Positions 30,497 to 39,122 of a stretch of DNA of 64,000 bases are shown one piece after another. This stretch comes from an uncultured Ruficoccus sp. (GTDB lineage: Bacteria > Verrucomicrobiota > Verrucomicrobiia > Opitutales > Cerasicoccaceae). The notes under the pieces were generated by a model. The model saw only the letters and a program-made list of their open reading frames with translations. It was not told where the DNA came from and searched no databases. A program made the position numbers and the translations under genes. The DNA is taken from assembly GCA_965140785.1 (NCBI GenBank), contig OZ223496.1:64001-128000 (forward strand), in the 5' to 3' direction. Every line of letters starts with the position of its first letter. Position 1 is the stretch's first letter.

Positions 30497-33400
30497 ATTT
30501 CCTCGTCGCTGAGCCATTGGAAATCCACCACCACGAAACGCCGCCCCAGAAGCTCGTTGGTTCCCGAGAGGACAGCCAAGCCCGCGGCAGCGGCCTCGTC
30601 GGCCTGCACGGGGGTATGGGCCACGTTGGTCTCACTGTCAACAAATTCGGGCACGCGCTGCAGGACCGCTTCGCACATCGCGCTGACCGTTTCGCCGGTC
30701 ACCGGATTGATCGATTCGCCATAGGCGCGAATGCGGAACGTGTCGGAACGGGCGCTGAGCACGCTGCCCAACCGCGCCAGCAGATCCGCCTGACTGAGCC
30801 AGCCAGGGATATTTTCCGTGCGCCAACCGGCCTCAGCCTCGGGCACCACCCCGGCGATACCGCTGGGCACCACTGCCATCGAGCCTTCTTGCAGGCCCGC
30901 ATTGATACCGGCCTTGTCGATGGCCGCGGCCAAGGCCCCGCGCAGGCGGAACGCATTTTCGGAGTCTTCGCTCGCGGGCGCGTCACGCCCGGGCATCCGG
31001 TTGACAAATTGCGCCAGACTGCCGAAGGGACCGCGAAGTTTGATCTCTTCAACGATGCTCTCGGCCAAGTCCTCGATCTGATCGGCATCCAGCCGCCGGT
31101 AGCCCCGGAAGGCATCGGCGTCGGCAACCGTAGGGTCGCTCAAAGGGCCGGCGACGGGAACATCCGTGCGCAAATAGGGCGAGTGCTGCCCGCCCACGCC
31201 GGCATCGTCCACCATACCGTCACGGCGCGTCACATCATCCTCGTAAAAGGAAGCCAGCAGCGCCCGCCAAGCCTCCACCGACGTGCTGTTAATGTTAAAG
31301 GCGCCCTCCACCAATAAGTCCGCCGCCGCCTGGTCGATATCCGAGCGTGGCTCGTCTCCAGTCGCTGGGGCGGCGACCAAGCGCGGATTTTCCGGCGAGT
31401 TGTCCGCAGCCGTCCCCGGCAAGGTAGAGAAGAAGTACCGGTCCCACAACGCAGCGTTGAGCTTGTAGGAGAAGTCATGATGGACCCCGTCGAAGGCGTA
31501 GTCCGCGTTCGTGGTACCGGGGCCGTCCGCCCACCGCATGTCCACCGCATCCAGCGGAATGTACGGGTCGGCGCGGCTGTTGCCGATGACGTAGGCCGGA
31601 ATGAGATTTCCGAAATAGGCGTTCTTCATCTGCGTATGCAAGTCCCCGCCGTCATAGAAGAGCGGCGCGTGCATCAACTGCCCGATGCTGCGCAGGTCGG
31701 CTCGCCCGGGCGCGGGCTGAAACAACACCGTCTCGTCGATGGTGTTTTCAGAGTAGCCCACCGGCACCCGGCTCACGGGCGCATCGAAGCCAAGCGCTCG
31801 CTCATCCCCACCGATATGCATCATGGTCCCATAGGAGGGATTGGTTGTCACCTCATAGTAGGAGGCCCCGGCGAAGCTATAGGGAAGCGGGCCATGCATC
31901 CGGGCGCGCGGGTTATTCTGCCCGAGCCAGCAGCGTGTGTCGGGCCAGACGATCGCCTTCTCGACCTTCCAGCAGGGCACGTTGTCGATATAGGTATGCA
32001 GCACCTTGAAGCCGATAGCTCCAGCTGTGGTTCCGAGGGCGGCCCCGGAAACCGGCGAAGGGTGCAGAGTAGCTTTACCGAGATAGTGGCGCACCTGAGT
32101 CTGGTAAGTCTTGGAATTCTGCGAACACAGGTAAACGCTTTCCTGCAAGATCTCTTCAGCAGCCCCGGACCCCGTACTCAGCCGGATGGCCAGCACCCGC
32201 GTTGTGCCACCGTTTACCTCAGGATCCCAGTAATACTCAAAAGTAGGATCGGTGGGCGTCAGTGGCAGCTTCGCTGCATCCAGTGTCGGCTCCTTTGCGT
32301 ATCGATAAAAACAGTTAGTGGGATTATAGCCGGCGGCGAGTTTGTTGTTACCACTGATGGAGTAAGGTGCCGCCAGATCCGACGGACTGAAAACAAGCGC
32401 CTGTCCCGGCTGCAGAACGCCACTGGTCAACTCCAGGGTTACCCCCTCGCCTCTATACGCATCTTCAATTGCCTTCTCATCGGCAGTGTCTGGATCTGTC
32501 ACGATCGTCAAAGGCTCGATAAAATACTGGCCGAACTTATTGTAGGATGAGCCAGTGTTCCGCGTATAGCCGAAGGTGACCGTATAGGTCTTGCTTTCGA
32601 GGGGTACATTGTACGGGTTCCACAGCGTGACCGCCGGCATCAGATTGACACGGATGCGTCCGTCCGGGTCGTAGGTCGGCATGAGGTAGATTTGAAAACC
32701 GGTCAGCACCGGAAACATGCCGGCCTGGGTCGCAGTCGATTCCCGGACCGGGTAGTCGCCGGTGTCGTTGGGCTCGATGGCCACCCAGGAGCGAAGCTGC
32801 TCCCAGCGGGGGCCGCCGGGGTCGGCGACGCTAACCATGCCGTCGCGGGGCGCAAACATCGGCCCGCTGAGCGTGCCCCCCGCCCCGAACAACTCTGTGG
32901 TAAGGTCTTTTTTCAACCCGCCGTCGAGTGTATCGCTCAACACACCACGGCTGTAATAAGTCAGGTCGTGAAAGCGCTGACGCACGGAATCCTCCTGCGC
33001 GCTCCCGGCCAAGACCTTGAAGGTCGGATAACTGAGCACCTTCTCGATGTCGCCGCCGGTATTGCTGGCGAGCCAGTCGAGCCCGCTCATGGCGTTCAGG
33101 CCGAAATAACGGGGAGACAAAGCCTCATCCCCGGCGGCGGCGGAGAGGTTGACCTTGGCCTTCACCCCTTCGTCGCCGATCCAGTAGGCGTAACGGCCGG
33201 TGACGACACCGTCTGTCACGATATCCACCTTGCCCGCCTCGACCGGTGCGCTCCCACCGAGCAGTTCAACCGGCTCCTCAAAATCGGGCGCGGTCGCGGC
33301 AACATCCGTCGGACTGCCAGTATGCGTACGCTCGAAGCCGGAAACCAGCCACTGCCGCAACGTGGTCCGGGGGTAGCCATCCGCACCGGTGGAGACCCCC

Positions 33401-33765
33401 CAAACGCCCGTCCAATGCTGGCGGGCCGGGCTAACACCGTCAGCGGCATAGACTCCACTGGTGGCTTCGTAGTCGTCATCGTACGGATCGCTATCCAGCA
33501 GGGAAGCGGTCGCGCTGATGCGCTGGTCAGGGCCGAGCTCCTTTTGCAGTTGCCCCATGGCCATTCTCAGGCCGAACAAGGCGTTCTGGCGGGCAACGCT
33601 GAGCGAGTTCTGCGTGGAGGAATTCACCGACTCGATCCGTACCAGCATGCTCATTGACAGCAGCAGCAGGATAATGAACGCCATCAGCGACAACGCGACG
33701 ATCAGGGCGAATCCGCTACTGGGCTTTTGAGAAAAACTGAAGCGACGAGGGGGGGTATTCATCAT
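30493..33765 (-). CDS. Giant PilX/pseudopilin-like protein (Verru_Chthon cassette protein A-like)
   Basis: GFALIVALSLMAFIILLLLS, ARQNA...QLQKELGPDQR, YAYWIGDEGVKA, GAFNINSTSVEAW, ARSDTFRIRAYG, GRRF. Confidence 0.8.
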   Translation of the reverse strand: MMNTPPRRFSFSQKPSSGFALIVALSLMAFIILLLLSMSMLVRIESVNSSTQNSLSVARQNALFGLRMAMGQLQKELGPDQRISATASLLDSDPYDDDYEATSGVYAADGVSPARQHWTGVWGVSTGADGYPRTTLRQWLVSGFERTHTGSPTDVAATAPDFEEPVELLGGSAPVEAGKVDIVTDGVVTGRYAYWIGDEGVKAKVNLSAAAGDEALSPRYFGLNAMSGLDWLASNTGGDIEKVLSYPTFKVLAGSAQEDSVRQRFHDLTYYSRGVLSDTLDGGLKKDLTTELFGAGGTLSGPMFAPRDGMVSVADPGGPRWEQLRSWVAIEPNDTGDYPVRESTATQAGMFPVLTGFQIYLMPTYDPDGRIRVNLMPAVTLWNPYNVPLESKTYTVTFGYTRNTGSSYNKFGQYFIEPLTIVTDPDTADEKAIEDAYRGEGVTLELTSGVLQPGQALVFSPSDLAAPYSISGNNKLAAGYNPTNCFYRYAKEPTLDAAKLPLTPTDPTFEYYWDPEVNGGTTRVLAIRLSTGSGAAEEILQESVYLCSQNSKTYQTQVRHYLGKATLHPSPVSGAALGTTAGAIGFKVLHTYIDNVPCWKVEKAIVWPDTRCWLGQNNPRARMHGPLPYSFAGASYYEVTTNPSYGTMMHIGGDERALGFDAPVSRVPVGYSENTIDETVLFQPAPGRADLRSIGQLMHAPLFYDGGDLHTQMKNAYFGNLIPAYVIGNSRADPYIPLDAVDMRWADGPGTTNADYAFDGVHHDFSYKLNAALWDRYFFSTLPGTAADNSPENPRLVAAPATGDEPRSDIDQAAADLLVEGAFNINSTSVEAWRALLASFYEDDVTRRDGMVDDAGVGGQHSPYLRTDVPVAGPLSDPTVADADAFRGYRRLDADQIEDLAESIVEEIKLRGPFGSLAQFVNRMPGRDAPASEDSENAFRLRGALAAAIDKAGINAGLQEGSMAVVPSGIAGVVPEAEAGWRTENIPGWLSQADLLARLGSVLSARSDTFRIRAYGESINPVTGETVSAMCEAVLQRVPEFVDSETNVAHTPVQADEAAAAGLAVLSGTNELLGRRFVVVDFQWLSDEEI

Positions 33766-33852
33766 TCATCAACACGGCGGGAGATTCCTGCTCCCAAACC
33801 CGTTTCCCATGAAAAAAAACGCAAACTAATACTGCTGTCAAAAGACCCCTAA

Positions 33853-33865
33853 TCGAACCGTTCGA
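33853..33865. promoter_or_regulatory. Palindromic operator, copy 2
   Basis: TCGAACCGTTCGA between the divergent PilX-like and esterase genes. Confidence 0.8.
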
Positions 33866-33918
33866 AGCGCCCTCGGTTGTTCTCTTTCCGAGATCTCATA
33901 GCCTGCGCCAATAGCACC

Positions 33919-35466
33919 ATGAGCAATTACCTCCGCCCCCACCGTTACCTTCTCATCCTTCTGGCTGTCTGCGCGCCCCTGAACGTAAACGCTGAACTGA
34001 CGCTACCCGCACTCTTCGGGGATCACATGGTTCTCCAGCGCGACTATCCCAACCCAGCCTGGGGCAAGACCGATCCAAACGAAACCGTGAGCGTCTCCAT
34101 CGCGGGACAAACTCAGACCACCACTGCGGACGCTGATGGAGCATGGAAGGTCTTGCTCGACCCGATTCCCGTCGGCGGTCCTTATACGCTTACCGTGAGC
34201 GCAGCGGACACCGAGGTGGTCTTTTCGGATGTCCTCGTCGGCGAAGTCTGGCTGTGCTCGGGCCAGTCCAACATGTATTGGCCCCTGGCCTGGATTCATT
34301 TCGCGGACCTGGAGATAGCCACCGCCAATCATCCCGAGGTTCGCCTGATCACGGTGGGAACGAACGGCACGCAAACACCGCAATTCAGCTTCGAAGGCCA
34401 GTGGCAGACCTGTACGCCGGAGACCGCGGCACGGTTCTCCGCTCTCGCCTATCTCTTTGGCAAGCGCCTGCAGGACGCGCTCGATGTACCCGTCGGCCTG
34501 ATCCATAATTCCTGGGGCGGCGCTTCCATCGAGGGATGGATACCACGGGAAAAATTCGCGGTGGACGCGTACCACACGCGCCTGCTCAAAGACTGGGACG
34601 AACGGACTGCCGCCTACACGGATGCCGACTGGCAGGCGGCTCTCGCCGACTATGAAAACGAACGACGCCAATGGGAGGCCGGGGATAAGCAAGGCCGCGC
34701 GCCGCGCAAACCACAGGACCCGCGCACCTCTCGTAACCGGCCCGCAAATATCTTTAACGGGATGATTGCTCCGATGATCGACTACGGCATCGCCGGTGTG
34801 ATCTGGTATCAGGGCGAATCAAATGTCTCCCATGCCTGGCACTACCGCACCAGTTTTCCCCTTATGATCGAAAGCTGGCGCGAAGCCTGGGGCCGGGACG
34901 ATCTCCCCTTCTACTGGATACAGTTGCCGAACCATGGGATTCCATCCGATGAATCGGGCGAAAGCGAATGGGCCGAACTGCGCGAGGCACAGACGCTTGC
35001 CCTCCGCCTGCCCCACACCGGCCAGGTCGTGACCATCGACACCAGCGAGGGCCGCAACCTCCACCCGCGCAACAAACAAATCGTGGCCGACCGCTTGGTC
35101 CAGTTAGTCTTGGCCCGGCAATACGGCTGGCGTCTGAATGCCGAATACCCGGCCTTCGCCTCCATGGAAATCGCGGACGGAAAAATCATCCTGACCTTCA
35201 CGGAGATCGATCTCGGTCTCTACGCCTACGCTACCCAGGAGCCGCTCGGCTTCGCCATCGCCGGGGAGGATGGAGCGTTCGTCCGGGCGCAGGCAGCAAT
35301 CATCGCCCGCAACAAGATTGCCGTCTGGAGCGACGACGTCCCGGCACCGGTGGCGGTGCGCTATGCCTGGGCGAACAATCCGGTGGCGAATATTCAGGAC
35401 CGAAACGGCCTGCCGCTGACTCCCTTCCGCACGGATGAGCGCGCGCCGCTCACCCGCCACGACTAA
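33919..35466 (+). CDS. Sialate O-acetylesterase-family (SASA) carbohydrate esterase
   Basis: LPALFGDHMVLQR, GEVWLCSGQSNM, GVIWYQGESN, LHPRNK, AVRYAWANNP. Confidence 0.93.
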   Translation: MSNYLRPHRYLLILLAVCAPLNVNAELTLPALFGDHMVLQRDYPNPAWGKTDPNETVSVSIAGQTQTTTADADGAWKVLLDPIPVGGPYTLTVSAADTEVVFSDVLVGEVWLCSGQSNMYWPLAWIHFADLEIATANHPEVRLITVGTNGTQTPQFSFEGQWQTCTPETAARFSALAYLFGKRLQDALDVPVGLIHNSWGGASIEGWIPREKFAVDAYHTRLLKDWDERTAAYTDADWQAALADYENERRQWEAGDKQGRAPRKPQDPRTSRNRPANIFNGMIAPMIDYGIAGVIWYQGESNVSHAWHYRTSFPLMIESWREAWGRDDLPFYWIQLPNHGIPSDESGESEWAELREAQTLALRLPHTGQVVTIDTSEGRNLHPRNKQIVADRLVQLVLARQYGWRLNAEYPAFASMEIADGKIILTFTEIDLGLYAYATQEPLGFAIAGEDGAFVRAQAAIIARNKIAVWSDDVPAPVAVRYAWANNPVANIQDRNGLPLTPFRTDERAPLTRHD

Positions 35467-35493
35467 CCGGCCTGCTCAGCCTCGGATACCGAC

Positions 35494-35506
35494 TCGAACG
35501 GTTCGA
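35494..35506. promoter_or_regulatory. Palindromic operator, copy 3
   Basis: TCGAACGGTTCGA upstream of the gene starting at 35561. Confidence 0.8.
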
Positions 35507-35560
35507 TTTCCCCTCATTTGACACGCCCCTTGTACCGGGAGCACTCTCTAGCTACCAATC

Positions 35561-37045
35561 ATGCAAAATGAACTGACTACTCTACCCCCTGCTCCGTCGC
35601 TGGCCGACTCATGCCCCTGGCTGACGTACCTGGGAAAACTCCTGCCGAAGAAAAGCACGCAGATCGCCTCTTCCCGCCTCGGCGTCGGATTTGAGACCCT
35701 GGACCGCGATATGTGGGACGCCAATCAGGCGTGGCCGGTACTGGACGAACTCGGTATCAAGTGGGCCCGGGTCCAGACCGGCTGGACCAAGACCGAACAA
35801 ACCCCCGGGGTTTACGACTTTACCTGGCTGGACGAGATCGTGGACCGACTGATCGGTCTCGGTGTGACACCGTGGCTCAGCTTCAGCTACGGCAACCAAC
35901 TTTACACCCCCGAGTCCCAGCCCGATGGCGTCGGCTACCCGCCCATCCATACGCAGGCCGAGCGTACCGGCTGGCAGAACTACGTCCGCGCCCTTGTCCG
36001 GCATTTTCGGGACCGCATCGAGCATTACGAGGTCTGGAACGAGCCGGACCTGACCTCTTTCTGGAAGTGCCAGCCGCGCGCCGCCGACTATGTGGACTTC
36101 GTCCGCCTGACCGCCGAGCCTCTGCGGGAAGTTCAGCCCGCAGCCAAGCTGATCGGCGGGGCCATCGCCTGGGGCATGACTCCCTGGAGCATCAAGTTCC
36201 TCGAAGACTGCATGAAAGCAGGCCTGCACGAACTGGTGGAAATCATCACCTACCACGGATACAAGTCCATCCCCGAGCGCCACAGCACCCAGGAGTTTCC
36301 GGCCTTCAAGCACGTCATCAACAAATACAAGCCGTCGCTGGACTTCTGGCAGGGCGAGTCGGGCTTCCAATCCTACGTGCCGGAGAAAGCCCGTGGTGTG
36401 GGCGCGCTATCGAACATGAAGTTCAGCGAGGCTATCCAGGCGCGGATGCTCCTGCGGCGCTTTCTGTTGGAACTGCATAACGACACCCGCATGTGCAGCT
36501 ATTTCCACATGGCGGATTTCGCGCATTATTCCGCGTTCAAGGAAACTTTTCACTACGGGATTGTCCGCCTTGAGGACGGCTCGCCCAAGCCCGCCTACTA
36601 CGCCCTGCAGACCCTGGCGACGCTGCTCTCTGATCCGATGGAGCCGGCGAATGGCCGGACCTCCTCGCACATCAGCGTGCTGAGCGACTCCAAAGACCCC
36701 CGCGCCACGAAAATCGCCACCTGGCAGGCAAACTTCGTCTGCGGGGACATCCCTGTGTTGGCTTGGTGGATACCGGAGTCCGTCGAGGTGGACCCCGAAT
36801 TCCAGGAGATGGAGATGGCCTACTGGATCGACTCCGATCTGCGCCTGGACGACCCCGTCCTTATTGACCCGCTTACCCAGGAAGTCTTCAGCGTCAGCTA
36901 TACCTGGGATAAGCGCACCTGCGCCGAAACGTGGATGGACCCCACCCCCGACGCGGAAGGCATCCGTATCTTCAACCCCCTTCCAATCAGCAACTCTCCG
37001 CTTCTATTGACGGACCGCTCTCTGATCAACCTGCGTCCGGATTAA
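35561..37045 (+). CDS. Clan GH-A glycoside hydrolase (GH39-like), no signal peptide
   Basis: LGIKWAR..TGW...E...GVYDFTWLD, YEVWNEPD (acid/base), WQGESG (nucleophile), PKPAYYAL. Confidence 0.8.
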   Translation: MQNELTTLPPAPSLADSCPWLTYLGKLLPKKSTQIASSRLGVGFETLDRDMWDANQAWPVLDELGIKWARVQTGWTKTEQTPGVYDFTWLDEIVDRLIGLGVTPWLSFSYGNQLYTPESQPDGVGYPPIHTQAERTGWQNYVRALVRHFRDRIEHYEVWNEPDLTSFWKCQPRAADYVDFVRLTAEPLREVQPAAKLIGGAIAWGMTPWSIKFLEDCMKAGLHELVEIITYHGYKSIPERHSTQEFPAFKHVINKYKPSLDFWQGESGFQSYVPEKARGVGALSNMKFSEAIQARMLLRRFLLELHNDTRMCSYFHMADFAHYSAFKETFHYGIVRLEDGSPKPAYYALQTLATLLSDPMEPANGRTSSHISVLSDSKDPRATKIATWQANFVCGDIPVLAWWIPESVEVDPEFQEMEMAYWIDSDLRLDDPVLIDPLTQEVFSVSYTWDKRTCAETWMDPTPDAEGIRIFNPLPISNSPLLLTDRSLINLRPD

Positions 37046-37091
37046 GTGGCGGCAAGCGCAGCCTGCCGCCCTCAGCCCAAGCATATATTCC

Positions 37092-37123
37092 AAAAAACCC
37101 GCCGTGAACACGGCGGGCTTTTT
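37092..37123. terminator. Bidirectional rho-independent terminator
   Basis: AAAAAA-CCCGCCGTG-AA-CACGGCGGG-CTTTTT. Confidence 0.85.
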
Positions 37124-37218
37124 GTCGCCCGATTTTCGATAACAGTCTCTGTTTTCTCCTAGTGTCGCGAGTGGTAAGTTTTCGGCATAATTGGGGGGTC
37201 CAGTTTTGATGCTTTGGT

Positions 37219-37265
37219 TCTGCGATTGGCGAGGGCAGCTTACTGTAGCCCTCGCCAATCGCAGA
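37219..37265. repeat. Perfect 18-bp inverted repeat
   Basis: TCTGCGATTGGCGAGGGC, 11-nt spacer, GCCCTCGCCAATCGCAGA. Confidence 0.9.
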
Positions 37266-37611
37266 GACTATGCTGTAAGCATCGGAAGTGCAGGCTATGC
37301 CTGCCGCGGGCGGGGCTGCGTAAGTCCGCAATCAATAGGCCGCGAACTTCAAACTCGGGACACTCGGGCCTGTTAACGCAATGAGAAAAGAGGATAAATG
37401 GCAGTTCAAGAGACGAAACGCCCCTATTCACATTCATTGAAATATCCCCGGCTGCGGCTGGCGGCACCCATGGAAGCGGGCACCACCAGACTCACAAACG
37501 GAGCTATCATTGAATGCTTTGTTTAGAGAGAGACCTCGCCCCTGACAGGGCTTGATCCATGAATCCGAAGATTCGGATATGGTTAAAGAAATCGCGCCGG
37601 CGTTAAGCCGC

Positions 37612-38892
37612 TTAAAGCCTGCGACGACGCAGGGCGGCTATCGCCATAATCAGTCCGAGGAAGGCCATACCCATGGTTGAGGGCTCGGGAATCGAAGACA
37701 CATTGAGAACCAGACTGTCGAAGCCCGATCCACCGTCGGTGCTAATAGCAAGCGTCCCCATCAGACCATCACCGAGCAGTCCGGAAACCTCCGAGCCGAG
37801 ATCTCCCACGATCGTGCCGGTGCCGGACGTTTCCACCAGCACATAGGTACCTTCGGTCAGGGTGCCATCGACGGTGAAGGCGAAATCCCCGAATTCGAGC
37901 TCGCCGGACCCAATATTCAGCGTGGTGCCGGCTCCGAGCACGATGCGGTCCGTATTGTCACCCACGGTGTAGAGGATGGCTGCGGTGTCTCCGCCTGCCA
38001 CGGCGGCGCTGATGTCGAGTGCGCCGTTTCCAAGGTTGAGCGTCAGTGTGCCGGTGGAATCGGTCTCACCGGTCGCCGAACCCGGAGCGAAGCTAGACCC
38101 CGCAGCCAGGGTGACACCGGCGTCGTCGGCGGTCGTGACGACACCATTACCGGCCAGCAACGCGCCCGAGTTTACCGTATAGGCGGCACCGCCGGTATGA
38201 GTGCCGTTGACCACGAGGGCACCCCCGTTAACGACGGTCGTACCGGTGTTGGTCCGCTCTCCGTTAAGGATGGAAGTGCCCGCATCGTTCTTCTCGATGT
38301 TGAGGGTGGACGGGCCCGATGTCGCGTTGGTCAACTGCTTAATGTTGGAATCGAGCACCGTGCGTCCCGAGCCGTTGAGCTTGATCGTCATGGTGGCTCC
38401 GGCCGCGCCTGCGCGTGACATCGACAGCGTGGTGTCAACAGTCAAGGTATGGCTGGAAGCGTTATCGATCACCAAGTCATAGCTTCCGGTAATGCCGTGG
38501 TTTCCCCCGAGGATGTACTCGCGGTTCAAGATGTTGTTGTCGTACTGGTTGGCCGCATCCACCGTGATACCGGCAACCAGACGCCCGGTCGTGCCCAGCG
38601 TAACCGTAGTCGAGCTGGTCGCATCCGCACCGAATACAATCGTGCCGACGGCGGCGTTCGTGTTCATGGTAATGGCTCCGGAGGCGACATCAGCCCCCAA
38701 GATGGCGTTATCGCCCGCACCCGGCAGGGCGTTCGTGCTCCAGTTAGAGGTCGTCCCCCAGAGGCCATCGTTGCCGAGGCCGGTCCAGGTAACATCGGCA
38801 GCATGGGAAAGCAGCACGGGACACAAAGCAGCCGCGAGGACGAGAGACTTGGAGATTGGGTTTAACACAGTTGGGAACTTCATAGCATTCAT
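37612..38892 (-). CDS. PEP-CTERM protein with a beta-strand repeat
   Basis: Signal peptide; WTG.G....W....NW; TNTGTTVVNGGALVVNG; IPEPST + transmembrane segment + RRRRL. Confidence 0.92.
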   Translation of the reverse strand: MNAMKFPTVLNPISKSLVLAAALCPVLLSHAADVTWTGLGNDGLWGTTSNWSTNALPGAGDNAILGADVASGAITMNTNAAVGTIVFGADATSSTTVTLGTTGRLVAGITVDAANQYDNNILNREYILGGNHGITGSYDLVIDNASSHTLTVDTTLSMSRAGAAGATMTIKLNGSGRTVLDSNIKQLTNATSGPSTLNIEKNDAGTSILNGERTNTGTTVVNGGALVVNGTHTGGAAYTVNSGALLAGNGVVTTADDAGVTLAAGSSFAPGSATGETDSTGTLTLNLGNGALDISAAVAGGDTAAILYTVGDNTDRIVLGAGTTLNIGSGELEFGDFAFTVDGTLTEGTYVLVETSGTGTIVGDLGSEVSGLLGDGLMGTLAISTDGGSGFDSLVLNVSSIPEPSTMGMAFLGLIMAIAALRRRRL

Positions 38893-39068
38893 GATTTCAG
38901 GGGTTAGAGTAATGAAGAAAACAGGAGCCGGATGGCTCTTGCCAAACAAGAGGAGCCTCAGTGTATAGAGGGAATCTGAAGAGGAAAAGGCGTGTCATAG
39001 CATGAGACGACAAAAACCTGTATTGGGAAGGATGAGGCAAACACAGCAGAGCCACAAGACACCGTAAA

Positions 39069-39081
39069 TCGAACCGTTCGA
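39069..39081. promoter_or_regulatory. Palindromic operator, copy 4
   Basis: TCGAACCGTTCGA upstream of the PEP-CTERM gene. Confidence 0.8.
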
Positions 39082-39122
39082 GCGTCGCCCTTCGTAATCA
39101 GGTAAATAGGCGGCACGCTTCA

